From: an uncultured bacterium
Lineage (GTDB): Bacteria > Verrucomicrobiota > Verrucomicrobiia > Limisphaerales > UBA8199
Length of the DNA: 64,000 bases
Direction of reading: 5' to 3'
Assembly (NCBI GenBank): GCA_963749495.1
Contig: CAVVMW010000006.1
Coordinates: 320,001-384,000 of the forward strand
Shown here: piece by piece, positions 41,796 through 51,613 of the stretch
Layout of the letters: every line of letters begins with the position of its first letter
Position numbering within the stretch: position 1 is the first letter of the stretch
The notes under the pieces: model-generated
Told to the model about the DNA's origin: nothing
Databases searched by the model: none
The model's input: the letters and a program-made list of their open reading frames with translations, nothing else
Translations under genes and position numbers: made by a program

Positions 41796-42648
41796 AGACC
41801 GCCCCGTATGACTTATACTTTTCTCCAAACACACTCGAATAATGGCTGTCCATCAACTCCAGCCAAGTGGGCCGCTCGCGGTCGACGAACTTGCCGACGA
41901 CAATGTCCCCCTGGAACGAGAGGCCTGCCTCCTTGGTGTCGGCGCCGTTCTTGAGGATGCTCTTGGCCTTGTAATACTTGAGTTGATCGATTCCCTCGCC
42001 CAAACGGTTGCGGCGCGAATAGAGCGTCGGACAAGGGGAAAGGGCTTCGATGAAAGCGAATCCCTTTTTGGCCAGCCCTTCCTTCATGGCCAGAGCGAGC
42101 TGTCGAACGTGATAGACCGTCCAGCGAGCGACATAGACCGCCCCACACGCATCGGCCAGAAAGGGGAGGTTGAAGGGGTCCTCGAAGTTTCCAAATGGCA
42201 TGGTGGTCTGTATGGCGCCGACGGGCGTGGTTGGGGCGGCCTGCCCACCGGTCATGCCGTAAGTGTAGTTGTTGACACAGACGACCAGAATATCCAGGTT
42301 CCGGCGGGCGGCGTGGACGAAGTGATTGCCGCCAATGGCAAACAGGTCGCCGTCCCCGGAATAGACCACGACTTTGAGGCCGGGATTGGCCAGTTTCAGG
42401 CCCGTGGCAAAGGGGATGGCGCGGCCGTGCGTGGTGTGAAAAGAATCGAGTTTCAGATAGCCGGCCACCCTTCCCGTGCAGCCAATTCCGGAAACAACCG
42501 CCACCTGGTCGAGGTTCAGGCCCGATTGCCTCAGGGCCCGCACGAAGCAGTTGAGGGTGGTCCCAATTCCGCAACCCGGACACCAAAGGTGCGGCAGCCG
42601 GTCCCGGCGCAGCCAGGGCATTAACGGGTTTTCGGGTGTGGCATCCAT
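41782..42648 (-). CDS. korB: 2-oxoacid:ferredoxin oxidoreductase beta subunit
   Basis: WCPGCG, SGIGC, HGR, GDGD, YGMTGGQ. Confidence 0.92.
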   Translation of the reverse strand: MDATPENPLMPWLRRDRLPHLWCPGCGIGTTLNCFVRALRQSGLNLDQVAVVSGIGCTGRVAGYLKLDSFHTTHGRAIPFATGLKLANPGLKVVVYSGDGDLFAIGGNHFVHAARRNLDILVVCVNNYTYGMTGGQAAPTTPVGAIQTTMPFGNFEDPFNLPFLADACGAVYVARWTVYHVRQLALAMKEGLAKKGFAFIEALSPCPTLYSRRNRLGEGIDQLKYYKAKSILKNGADTKEAGLSFQGDIVVGKFVDRERPTWLELMDSHYSSVFGEKYKSYGAVYGKA

Positions 42649-42673
42649 TCAGACCTTGAGGATTGAACATGAT

Positions 42674-43831
42674 TCATCGCGCCGCCTGCAAAATGCCCTC
42701 CAGGATGGATTCCGGCTCGTGCACAGTGCCGCCTGCATGCGGCACCGAGAGGACGGCAGCCTTTCCAGCCACGGCCCGCTCCACCTCCAGCACCATCTGC
42801 CCCAGGTTTAATTCCGGGACGACGAAGGCCTTGACCTGGCCGGCGGTTCTTCGCAGCAAGGACGACGGAAAAGGCCAGGTGATCACCAACCGCAGGTGTC
42901 CCACCTTCACACCCCGCTGCCGCGCTTGCTCGATCGCCGGCCCGGCCACGCGCGAAGTGATCCCAAAGGACACTAACACGATTTCGGCGTCTTCCAGGTG
43001 GTCGGTTTGAACCTCGACGAGCCGTTCCCGATGATGACGGATTTTGCTGACGAGTCGCTCCACCAGCTTCTTCTGGGCCGCCGGATCCATCGCCGGATAA
43101 CCCTGCTCGTTGTGAGTGAGGCCCGTGATGTGGATGCGGTAGCCGTCGCCGGCCTTGACCATATCCGGCACCAGCTCGCCATCCGTCTCGTAAGGCTTGT
43201 ATTGGCCCGGCGGCTTGTGGGTCCAGCGCCGCTCGGCCACTTCGATCGCGTCAGCCTCGGGAATCACCACCCGCTCCGTCATGTGCCCCACCACCTCGTC
43301 CATCATGAAGAAGACCGGCACGCGATAGAGCTCGGCGAGGTTGAAAGCCTTGATGATCAGGTCGAAGCATTCCTGCGGTGAATTCGGTGCGAGCGCAATC
43401 GGCTCGTAGTCGCCATGCGCGCCCCACTTCACCTGCATCATATCGCCCTGGGCCGGGAGCGTCGGCAGCCCAGTGGAGGGCCCGCCGCGCTGAACGTCCA
43501 CGAAAACGCAGGGCGTTTCTGTCATCGCCGCGAACCCGACGTGTTCCATCATGAGCGAAAGACCCGGCCCGGAGGTGACGGTCATGACCTTCTTGCCGGC
43601 CCAAGCCGCGCCCTGGATGGCGATGGACGAGGCAATCTCATCCTCCATCTGAATGAAGAGGCCACCGATGAGCGGGATGCGCCGGGCGAACCTCTCGACG
43701 ACTTCCGTGGAAGGGGTGATCGGATAGCCCGCCACAAACCGGCAACCCGCCGCCAAGGCGCCTTCGCAAGCAGCCTGGTCGCCGTCCAGGAAGTGCACGC
43801 CCGTCATAACGCCCCTGGGATCCGCTTTCAT
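42674..43831 (-). CDS. korA: 2-oxoacid:ferredoxin oxidoreductase alpha subunit
   Basis: GYPITPSTE, QMEDE, TSGPG, QRGGPSTG. Confidence 0.92.
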   Translation of the reverse strand: MKADPRGVMTGVHFLDGDQAACEGALAAGCRFVAGYPITPSTEVVERFARRIPLIGGLFIQMEDEIASSIAIQGAAWAGKKVMTVTSGPGLSLMMEHVGFAAMTETPCVFVDVQRGGPSTGLPTLPAQGDMMQVKWGAHGDYEPIALAPNSPQECFDLIIKAFNLAELYRVPVFFMMDEVVGHMTERVVIPEADAIEVAERRWTHKPPGQYKPYETDGELVPDMVKAGDGYRIHITGLTHNEQGYPAMDPAAQKKLVERLVSKIRHHRERLVEVQTDHLEDAEIVLVSFGITSRVAGPAIEQARQRGVKVGHLRLVITWPFPSSLLRRTAGQVKAFVVPELNLGQMVLEVERAVAGKAAVLSVPHAGGTVHEPESILEGILQAAR

Positions 43832-44100
43832 AGCACAGCCGAGTGGTTTCGCTTTTCCAGGTCCTTGAACCTGGCCCCGAAAATGGCAAAGTCAGGGCAG
43901 TAAAGGCCGCAAAGATCGCAGCCGGAACAGCCTTCGGGCCGCGCCAGCACCGGGAAATGATAGCCCCTGGAATTGAAGTCACCAGCGAGCTCCAGGCAAT
44001 GGGAAGGACAGAAATCTACGCAGTAGGCGCAGCCCTTGCAAATCTCCATTTGAATGAAGACGGTGCCCCGGCCGGTCCGTACAACTTCTACACAAGGCAT
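43828..44100 (-). CDS. korD: 2x[4Fe-4S] ferredoxin delta subunit
   Basis: CKGCAYCVDFCP and CSGCDLCGLYCPD. Confidence 0.88.
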   Translation of the reverse strand: MPCVEVVRTGRGTVFIQMEICKGCAYCVDFCPSHCLELAGDFNSRGYHFPVLARPEGCSGCDLCGLYCPDFAIFGARFKDLEKRNHSAVL

Positions 44101-44458
44101 AAATCCAATCCTCCGCCCGTGTCCGCAACGATCTTGAGCAGGACAAAACGCTTCCTGCGTGGCAAAGAGTGGTTAGGTGCTGGAAATGCATGGCACGCGC
44201 CTGACTTGGCGGAGCCGGACGAGACACCATTGGCCGCACAGATTCTTGCCATAAGCTTTCAGCATCGTGCCTACACAACAAGCCCGACACATTAGGAATC
44301 GTTTTAACGTTATCGGCCAGCCCGCGCAAGCTTTTTAATGTTCGTTTAATCTGCTTCTTTGAGTGGGATGTAACCTTTCGGGGCCGCGACCCGTAATCTC
44401 TATTGAAACGGGGCCTCGACAGGCCCCGGCATGGACGAAGAAACGACCTGTACAGTTT

Positions 44459-45404
44459 ATGAAGACGAACCTCAAGGGACGGATTGTGGGGGCCGGCTGC
44501 CTGCTGATGGCCAGCGCCAGCGCGATGGCGACGCCATTCCAGCGGGGAGACCTGCCGGCGGACACGGCGTGGGCCGTTCATGTGGATTGCGATCTGCTGC
44601 GCACCGGCACGGTCGGCCAATACCTCCAGGAGGAGCTGCGCAGGCCGGAAGTGCAGGCCAAACTGGCTGCGTTCCAGGCCCTGTTCAGCTTCGATTTGCA
44701 AAAGCAACTGCACGCCTTGACGCTTTACAGCGCCAGCATCGACCCCAAGGACGGGGTGCTGGTCATCTATGGGGACTTCGACGCCGCGCATCTCTTGACC
44801 CTGGTCAAGGGCGCAGACGATTACGAGGGCATCACGCATAACCAGCGGGTCATCCATAGCTGGATCGACAAGAACAAGAAGGGCCACCCCCACATCTACG
44901 CCGCCCTGCAAGGCGGCCGGCTGCATCTTCGGACAGCGCCAGGCCGCCGTCGGCACAGCCCTGGACGTGCTGGACGGCGCCGTGCCCAGCCTGGCAACCG
45001 ACAAGGCCTTCCCTGAATTGGGCGGCTCCGCCGGCGGCACTTCCATCCAGGGCGCCACCCGCAGACTGGACTTTCCCGCCTCCGACCCTAACGCGCTCCT
45101 GTTCCGGCTTTCAAAGCAGATCCGCATCGAGATCGGGGAAGTCCAGGGACAAGTCACCGCCAGGCTCACGCTCCAGGCCAACGATGAGACCGTGGCCGGG
45201 CAAATGGCCGCCGTCGCCCAGGGCCTCGTCGCCTTGGGCAGGCTGGCCAACAAACCCGAACTGACGAAACTCCTCGAGGCGGTCTCGGTCAAGCAGGCGG
45301 GCGCGTCCGTGGTGGCCACTCTGAGTTTGCCTGCCGCCGAAGTCGTGAATATGCTCAAAGCCGATGCCGAGCGAAAGGCGGCCCGGAAGGCCCAGGAGAA
45401 GTGA
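44459..45404 (+). CDS. Secreted hypothetical protein, +1 frameshift near 44924
   Basis: Signal peptide; the ORFs in two frames join as GRL|IFGQRQAAVGTALDVLDG. Confidence 0.7.
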
Positions 45405-45425
45405 CTCCGGGCCGTTGACAAAATC

Positions 45426-45560
45426 GTAGCGCAGGTTTCCAAACCTGCTGTATCGCCGATTTCCAATCGGCAGGGCGTTGGCATCTCGAGCGCCCACGGT
45501 TTGCGGAGGGCCTGCGGGTTTGGAAACCCGCGATACAGCAGGTTTGGAAACCTGCGCTAC
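45426..45560. repeat. GTAG-type REP doublet
   Basis: GTAGCGCAGGTTTCCAAACCTGCTGTATCGC...GCGATACAGCAGGTTTGGAAACCTGCGCTAC. Confidence 0.9.
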
Positions 45561-45685
45561 GCTGGCGCCCCTGGCGCACAGGCGCGCCGAGCGACTTTGT
45601 CAATGGCCCTGAGAAGTGAGTCCGGTGGCGGCGACTCAATGGGCTTCGGAGTATCGTCTGACCGCTCGAGACACGGATTGGCTCA

Positions 45686-46357
45686 ATGACTGACTTTTCA
45701 AACTGCACCGATGAAGACCTGGCCCGGCAGGCCCAGTCGGGCGCGCTGGAAGCGTTCGAGGAGTTGGTCAGCCGCTACGAGGGCCGGGTCTGCCGGTTCG
45801 TGAGCCAGTTCTGCCGCAGCGACGCCGATGCCCGCGACGTGACGCAGGACACCTTCGTCCGGGCCTGCCAGGCCATTCGCCAGTTCGATCCCGGCCAGGC
45901 CTTTGCCCCCTGGCTCTTCACAATCGCGCGGCGCAAGTGCATCGATCACTTCCGGGCCGCGCCGCGGCAGGCGGGCACCCAGGCGCCGGAACCGCAGGAC
46001 CTCAATGACCCGGCGGAATTACTGGCGCAACGGGAGGAGCGGCAGGACCTTTGGCGACTGGCGCGCCGCCGCCTGCCCCAGGCCCAATACCAGGCCCTCT
46101 GGCTGCGTTATGCCGAAGACCTGAGCGTGGCCGAGATCGCCCGCGTGCTCCGCAAGACCCGCACGCACGTGAAGGTCCTGCTCTTCCGCGCCCGCCAGAC
46201 CCTTTGCCTTGAACTGGCCACCGCCGCCCGCACGGCCGGGTCGAGGCACGAGGGTCGAGCGCCGAGGGAACGCGGGGCTGCCGCCCCCCGCCCCTCGTCC
46301 CTCGTCCCCCGACCCTCGACCCTCGGCCCCTTAACAAGCCGAACCTCTGACTACTGA
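45686..46357 (+). CDS. ECF sigma factor
   Basis: AFEELVSRY, DVTQDTF, WLFTIARR, EIARVL...VKVLLFRAR. Confidence 0.92.
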   Translation: MTDFSNCTDEDLARQAQSGALEAFEELVSRYEGRVCRFVSQFCRSDADARDVTQDTFVRACQAIRQFDPGQAFAPWLFTIARRKCIDHFRAAPRQAGTQAPEPQDLNDPAELLAQREERQDLWRLARRRLPQAQYQALWLRYAEDLSVAEIARVLRKTRTHVKVLLFRARQTLCLELATAARTAGSRHEGRAPRERGAAAPRPSSLVPRPSTLGPLTSRTSDY

Positions 46358-46363
46358 CCTCCC

Positions 46364-46876
46364 ATGAAAACCTTGGCGAAGTTCCGCATTTCCAATGCCT
46401 TGGACCGCGGCAAAGCTCTGCCGGCCTCGCTGGCCCGGCAGGTCGCTGCCTCGGACGAACTCGGGCGTTTCGCCGAGGGCTGCGCCGGGTTGGGCCGCGC
46501 CCTCAAGGAATCAGCCCCGCCGCCGGCCGCCCCGGCTTGGCTCCATGGCTCGATCATGGGCGCGGTGCGCGCGGCCGCGCGCCCGGCGCCCGGACTGGCG
46601 GCGCTCCGATGGGCGCCCGCGGCGGGCCTGGGGCTGGCCCTGGCGCTCGCCTCGGCCGTGGTGGTGTGGACGCGATCACATTCGGTCAAGCCGCCGCCGG
46701 GCGCGCCCATGGCGATCACCCAGGCCCTGGGCGCACCCGGCACAGCCCTCGAACTGGGCGGCCGGGTGACCCGCGCCGTGCCCTCCGGGATGGTGGCGCC
46801 GCTCTCCGACGAACTGGAGCGGCTCAACCGCGACCTGGACCAAACCGCGCAGTTCCTGCTGGCCAACCTGCCGTAG
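46364..46876 (+). CDS. Putative anti-sigma factor
   Basis: Follows ECF sigma; single TM. Confidence 0.65.
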   Translation: MKTLAKFRISNALDRGKALPASLARQVAASDELGRFAEGCAGLGRALKESAPPPAAPAWLHGSIMGAVRAAARPAPGLAALRWAPAAGLGLALALASAVVVWTRSHSVKPPPGAPMAITQALGAPGTALELGGRVTRAVPSGMVAPLSDELERLNRDLDQTAQFLLANLP

Positions 46877-47307
46877 CGGGCACCGACGCGGCGGTTCCCT
46901 GGGGCTGCAGTTGTATCCAGACCGATGCATGGCGGTCGCCCTGTCCCGAAGGGACACTTGAGAATGTCCCAACGTTGCAACCTCACTCATTACCCACGTT
47001 TTTTCCCGCGCTCATTGAGGGCACCTAATGGGATCCATGGTTTTCAGGCCAAAGGCCTGACTCATACCAGCCCAGGCCAACGCCCTGGGAACCGCCGCGC
47101 AAAAGCCATTCTGAGCGCTGAAGGCGCGACTCATTCTGCCGAAAGGGAAAGGGGTCCGTAAATGAGATTGTCATGAGTCCAGGAGGGTCCATCGGGCGGG
47201 GCCGCCTTCTCTCCATCCCCCCTTGAATAGTACACTGCCATGGCTGACCCCTTTCCGGCACCGGTCCCTCGGATGTCCATGCGGAATATTTGGTGAGCCG
47301 GACTCAT

Positions 47308-47687
47308 ATTGTAAGAAAGTATAGATGTGACCCCGATTCCCATGACCATTGTAAAAAAGTATAGATGTGACCCCGAATTAGAATTACTGGATGTGACCCC
47401 GAATTAGAATTACTGCGAATTACTGCCCCGAATTACTGATATAGATGTGACCCCGAATTACTGATAGAATGACCATTGTAAAAAAGTATAGATGTGACCC
47501 CGAATTATTCCGACAAATTACTGATAGAATGACCATTGTAAAAAAGTATAGATGTGACCCCGAATTATTATTGTACCATTGTAAAAAAGTATAGATGTGA
47601 CCCCGAATTATAGATGTGCCGAATTATAGATGTGACCCCGAATTATTCCGAATTATTGGCGTTCGTGACCCCGAATTATTGGCGTTC
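47308..47687. repeat. AT-rich scrambled tandem array of (G)ATGTGACCCCGAATTA units
   Basis: Nine GTGACCCCG cores; five preceded by ATTGTAARAAAGTATA; ~60-bp duplication 47461/47521. Confidence 0.9.
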
Positions 47688-47956
47688 GCCAGGGTTTGGA
47701 GCAGGTTGCCGTGCCGGGAAAAGCCGATCTGCCGGTGGAACCACAGGCCGTGGTCATCGAAGACCGGGGTTTGGGGCAGGGTGTAGTAAGCGGCGTTGGC
47801 GTTAAAGCTGTTGTGATAGCCGGTTTTGCGCAGGGTCCGCACCACGGTCATGTGGCAGCAATGCACGCGCTGGCGCAAGGCACGCATGGTCGCGACGCCC
47901 AGACGACGAAGCTGTTGGATGACGGAGTGTTCGGCGCGCGTTAAGTCCGTAGCCAT
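47688..47956 (-). pseudogene. 3'-truncated HTH-like gene of probable mobile-element origin
   Basis: CCHMTVVRTL...YHNSFNANAAYYTL..P.FD..GLW....FSRHGNL resembles an IS-associated ORF family as I recall it; the frame runs into the repeat array. Confidence 0.5.
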
Positions 47957-48175
47957 AATGTTATTGTAAGTGATTGACTGGGCCATTTTAGGGCGTTATT
48001 CATCAAACACAATGACATTTTTAGGTGCAACCGTGGCGGCTATTCTTCAAAAAGGCCCGAAAAACACGGATTCCCCTGGACCTGAAAAGTTAAACTATGT
48101 GAGCCCCGTTAAGACCGACCCCAGAAACAACCCTGATTACGGGGGATTTTAAGGCAACCGTTGTTCGGAATGATA

Positions 48176-48211
48176 CCCCCTTCGGAAGGGGAGAGGGCTG
48201 GGGTGAGGGGT
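48176..48211. repeat. CCCTCACCCC/GGGAGAGGG REP-like family
   Basis: Other copies at 57245-57421 and 58961-59106. Confidence 0.8.
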
Positions 48212-48296
48212 CCCCCGGGGACTCCGTCTCCGCCTTCACTGACGATTGCCTTCTTCCATCTTCCCTCCGCCCCGCCCCGGGGTTATTCTGGGGGGC

Positions 48297-49553
48297 ATGG
48301 ACATTTACGATCACCCAACCTTCCGGATGGCGTGCCAGCAGTTTGACCTCGTGGCGGACCACCTGCAGATCCCGGAATCCGAACGGGACCGGCTCAAATT
48401 CCCGAAGCGCTCGATCACCGTCGCGCTGCCGATTCACCGGGACGATGGCTCGACACGGGTCTTCGCGGGCTACCGGGTGCAGCACCACCTGACGCTGGGG
48501 CCCACCAAGGGAGGGTTGCGCTACCACCCGGACGTGACCCTGGGCGAGGTGGCCGGGCTGGCGATGTGGATGAGTTGGAAATGCGCCCTCATGGGCCTGC
48601 CTTACGGGGGGGCCAAGGGTGGCATCGCCTGCGACCCAGGGAAGATGTCGCGCGATGAGCTGGAGCGGCTGACCCGCCGCTATACGCAGGAAATGATCTC
48701 GTTCATCGGCCCGCAAGTGGACGTGATGGCCCCCGACCTGGGCACCAACGAGCAGGTCATGGCCTGGATGATGGACACTTATTCCGTCCATGCCGGTTAC
48801 AGCGTGCCCAGCATCGTGACGGGCAAACCGGTCGGGCTGGGGGGATCGCTCGGCCGCCGCGAGGCCACCGGCCGGGGCGTCGGCTACCTGGTCAATCGCG
48901 CCGCGGACACTCTGGGCCTGGACGTGAGCAAGGCGACGGCGGCGGTGCAGGGCTATGGCAACGTGGGGTCTGTCGCCGCGCTCTCGCTGGCCCGCTACGG
49001 GGTGAGGATCATCGCCGTAACGGACGCCTCCGGCGGCGCCTACAACCCCGAGGGACTCAACCTCTGGGACCTCCAAAAACACGCCGCCTTGCACCAGACC
49101 GTCGCCGGGTTTCCCCAAGCCGAGCCGATCACCAACGATCAACTCCTGGCGCTGCAGTGCGACATCCTGGTGCCTGCGGCCCTCGAACGGCAGATCACCG
49201 GCGCCAACGCCGCCACGATCCAGTGCCGCATCCTGGCAGAGGCCGCCAACGGCCCCACCACGCCCGAGGCCGATGCCATTTTGAACCAGCGCCCGGAGGT
49301 GTTCATCGTCCCGGACGTGCTCTGCAACGCCGGGGGCGTGGTGGTCTCTTACTTCGAATGGGTGCAGGACCTCCAGAGTTTCTTCTGGAGTGAAACCGAA
49401 GTGGTGGACAAGCTCTTCCGCATCCTGGAAACCGCCTTCACCCAGACTGTCAGCCTGAGCCGCAAATCCAAGCTCCCGATGCGCCTGGCCGCTCTGAGCC
49501 TGGGCATCAAACGCGTCCAGGAGGCCAAGCGCATCCGGGGGTTGTTTCCTTGA
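48297..49553 (+). CDS. gdhA: Glutamate dehydrogenase (Glu/Leu/Phe/Val family)
   Basis: GPTKGGLRYHP, GGAKGG, APD, QGYGNVG, EAANGP. Confidence 0.93.
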   Translation: MDIYDHPTFRMACQQFDLVADHLQIPESERDRLKFPKRSITVALPIHRDDGSTRVFAGYRVQHHLTLGPTKGGLRYHPDVTLGEVAGLAMWMSWKCALMGLPYGGAKGGIACDPGKMSRDELERLTRRYTQEMISFIGPQVDVMAPDLGTNEQVMAWMMDTYSVHAGYSVPSIVTGKPVGLGGSLGRREATGRGVGYLVNRAADTLGLDVSKATAAVQGYGNVGSVAALSLARYGVRIIAVTDASGGAYNPEGLNLWDLQKHAALHQTVAGFPQAEPITNDQLLALQCDILVPAALERQITGANAATIQCRILAEAANGPTTPEADAILNQRPEVFIVPDVLCNAGGVVVSYFEWVQDLQSFFWSETEVVDKLFRILETAFTQTVSLSRKSKLPMRLAALSLGIKRVQEAKRIRGLFP

Positions 49554-50178
49554 GGAAGAGCACTTCGATCGCCGCGGGCAGGCCCAGGGACAGCTCGTCG
49601 AAGAGGCCGCGGCAGGCGCGCTCGGAAAGCCGCAGGGTGCGGGCGGCGGAGTAGATAAAGCCGCGCGTGGTCTGGTGGGCGTAACCGAGCAAGCCCTGTC
49701 GCAGGGGCAGCGAGTAAATCGCCAGCGTCAGCCCATAAACGACGGTGTGCCAGCCGTGGGCCTGGCCGGTCTCGACGGCGCGGCGGTAGCGTTGGAGCAC
49801 GCGCAGGTCGCGCAGTGGCCGCAGCTTTTGGAGTTGGCTTTGGCCGACGCGGCGGCTGGGTCCGGCGAAGTCGTGCAGGAGCGGTTCGCCGGCCAGCCGC
49901 TGGTCCAGGGCCACCAACTCGCGCACCCCGTTGAACGAGGCATAGGCATGGGCGGATTGGATGGCCGGCAGCTCGAATGGCAGAAGGACTTGCCCCTGGT
50001 ATTCCTGGAGGAAGCGCCGCAGCGAGCGCAGGTCCCGCACCGGCGCCAGCCGCAGCAGCAGCAACGCCGAGCAGAGGCTCAGCAGCCCGTCGGTCGAGCC
50101 TAGTTGCTCGGCCAACGGATGCCAGTCCCCCAGCCATTCGGCCGCGTCGCTCAGCGCCACTTGTGTCGGCTTGACCAT
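49507..50178 (-). CDS. UreF-like urease accessory protein (orphan)
   Basis: ELVALDQ...SRRVGQSQL...HTVVYGL...YSAARTL UreF-like pattern. Confidence 0.6.
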   Translation of the reverse strand: MVKPTQVALSDAAEWLGDWHPLAEQLGSTDGLLSLCSALLLLRLAPVRDLRSLRRFLQEYQGQVLLPFELPAIQSAHAYASFNGVRELVALDQRLAGEPLLHDFAGPSRRVGQSQLQKLRPLRDLRVLQRYRRAVETGQAHGWHTVVYGLTLAIYSLPLRQGLLGYAHQTTRGFIYSAARTLRLSERACRGLFDELSLGLPAAIEVLFLKETTPGCAWPPGRV

Positions 50179-50393
50179 GCTATGCACCGGCGCGACGCCC
50201 GATCCCCGCGACCGGGCGGCTCGCGCCATCGTTTTTACGGTGTACCGCCCCCCGTGCGAACGCCAGCAGTAAAAGTTCAAAAGCGAAGATTAAAACCTTG
50301 CGCGTGCAGCCCGATCTGCTTAGACTTTGGGGTGTCCCCTTTTGCCTGGGACAAAGACTCGCTATATTCCCCGTGCATGATAGAAGTAACGAT

Positions 50394-51158
50394 ATGAGCG
50401 AGTCCGTTGACCTGCGGCGAATCCTGAAGAACTGGCCATACGACGCGGAGAAGGAGACCCGGATGGTGCCGGGCGATGACGGGCGGCCGATTCTGCAGGT
50501 GCGCACGCCCCTGGGGATCGAGCAATACGAGCTGGACGGGCGCCCCGATGGCGCCCGGCCCCATGGCAAGGAATCGGCCCTCGATCATCATTTGGAGCGG
50601 CTCGAACAGGCCAAGGCCGGCGGACGCGAAGCGGAGTTCGACTTGGGGCCGCGCGACTGCGGCGAGCTCTTCAACGAAGGCACGCTCTATTACTTCCGCT
50701 ATGTGCGGCTTTTCCAGCTCAAGGACTGGGCCCGCACCGTGCGGGACACGTCGCGCAACCTGCGCGTGTTCGATCTGGTCCATCGCTACGCCCGGCGCCA
50801 GGAGGACCAGCAGTTCCTCGAGAAATGGCGCCCCTATATCGTCCGCATCAACGCCAGCGCCGCCGCGATGCAGGAGCTGGAACACAATGCCTTCGACAAG
50901 GCCCTGGGCTTCGTCAACCAGGCCATCGCCCGCGTCGAGGCCCTGGCCGAGCTGGACGACGAGACCTTTGCCTTCGAGCGGGAGCGATCCTTGAGCGGGC
51001 TGCGCGAGCTGGCCGCGCAGATCGAGAAAAACCGCCCCCTCTCCGAACTCGAACAGTTGGAACACCAGCTCAGCCGGGCCGTCGAGCGCCAGGAATTCGA
51101 GCGCGCCGCCCAGTTGCGCGACCGCATCCGCAACCTCAAGAAACTGCGGCAGTGCTGA
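50394..51158 (+). CDS. UvrB/UvrC-motif-containing protein
   Basis: C-terminal LSRAVERQEFERAAQLRDRI. Confidence 0.85.
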   Translation: MSESVDLRRILKNWPYDAEKETRMVPGDDGRPILQVRTPLGIEQYELDGRPDGARPHGKESALDHHLERLEQAKAGGREAEFDLGPRDCGELFNEGTLYYFRYVRLFQLKDWARTVRDTSRNLRVFDLVHRYARRQEDQQFLEKWRPYIVRINASAAAMQELEHNAFDKALGFVNQAIARVEALAELDDETFAFERERSLSGLRELAAQIEKNRPLSELEQLEHQLSRAVERQEFERAAQLRDRIRNLKKLRQC

Positions 51159-51228
51159 GGGGGGCGTATCCTGCCTGTACCACCCACAGGCGCAGGAGCT
51201 GCGGACGCGCCCCAGGGCTGTACGCGTG

Positions 51229-51460
51229 CGCTGCAACCCGGAGGGTTGCCAGATGGTAGCCGGGGGTCGCGATTCTGTCGCGACCCCCGGTTAACGGTCT
51301 GAAGGGTCCTGCACCCCGGAACGGGGTGCCAGAAGACCGCGCTGCGTGCGGTGCGCCCGTTTCTGGCATCCCTCCGGGATGCAGGCGCACCCCTGCGCCG
51401 AACCGGGGGTCTTGCTTCGCTTCGACCCCCGGCTACCATCTTCCATCCCTCCGGGATGAA
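51229..51460. repeat. Composite REP-like element (CATCCCTCCGGGATG hairpins)
   Basis: Four related hairpins in the intergenic region. Confidence 0.75.
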
Positions 51461-51613
51461 ACTGGCGGCCCGGAGCCAGGTCAGGAATTCCTCTCCGTGT
51501 GGTGGTACATCTCGGATACGCCCGTGCTGAGAGGCACCGTCCAACCGCGGCGCGCCCCGGGCACCGTCCAACCTCCTCTCGACTTCCCCGCCTCCGCCCC
51601 TTATCCTGGGCGC

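Noticed and set aside
47308..47687. CRISPR array
   Set aside because: No constant period, no unique spacers (intervening DNA is made of repeat fragments) and no cas genes in the window.
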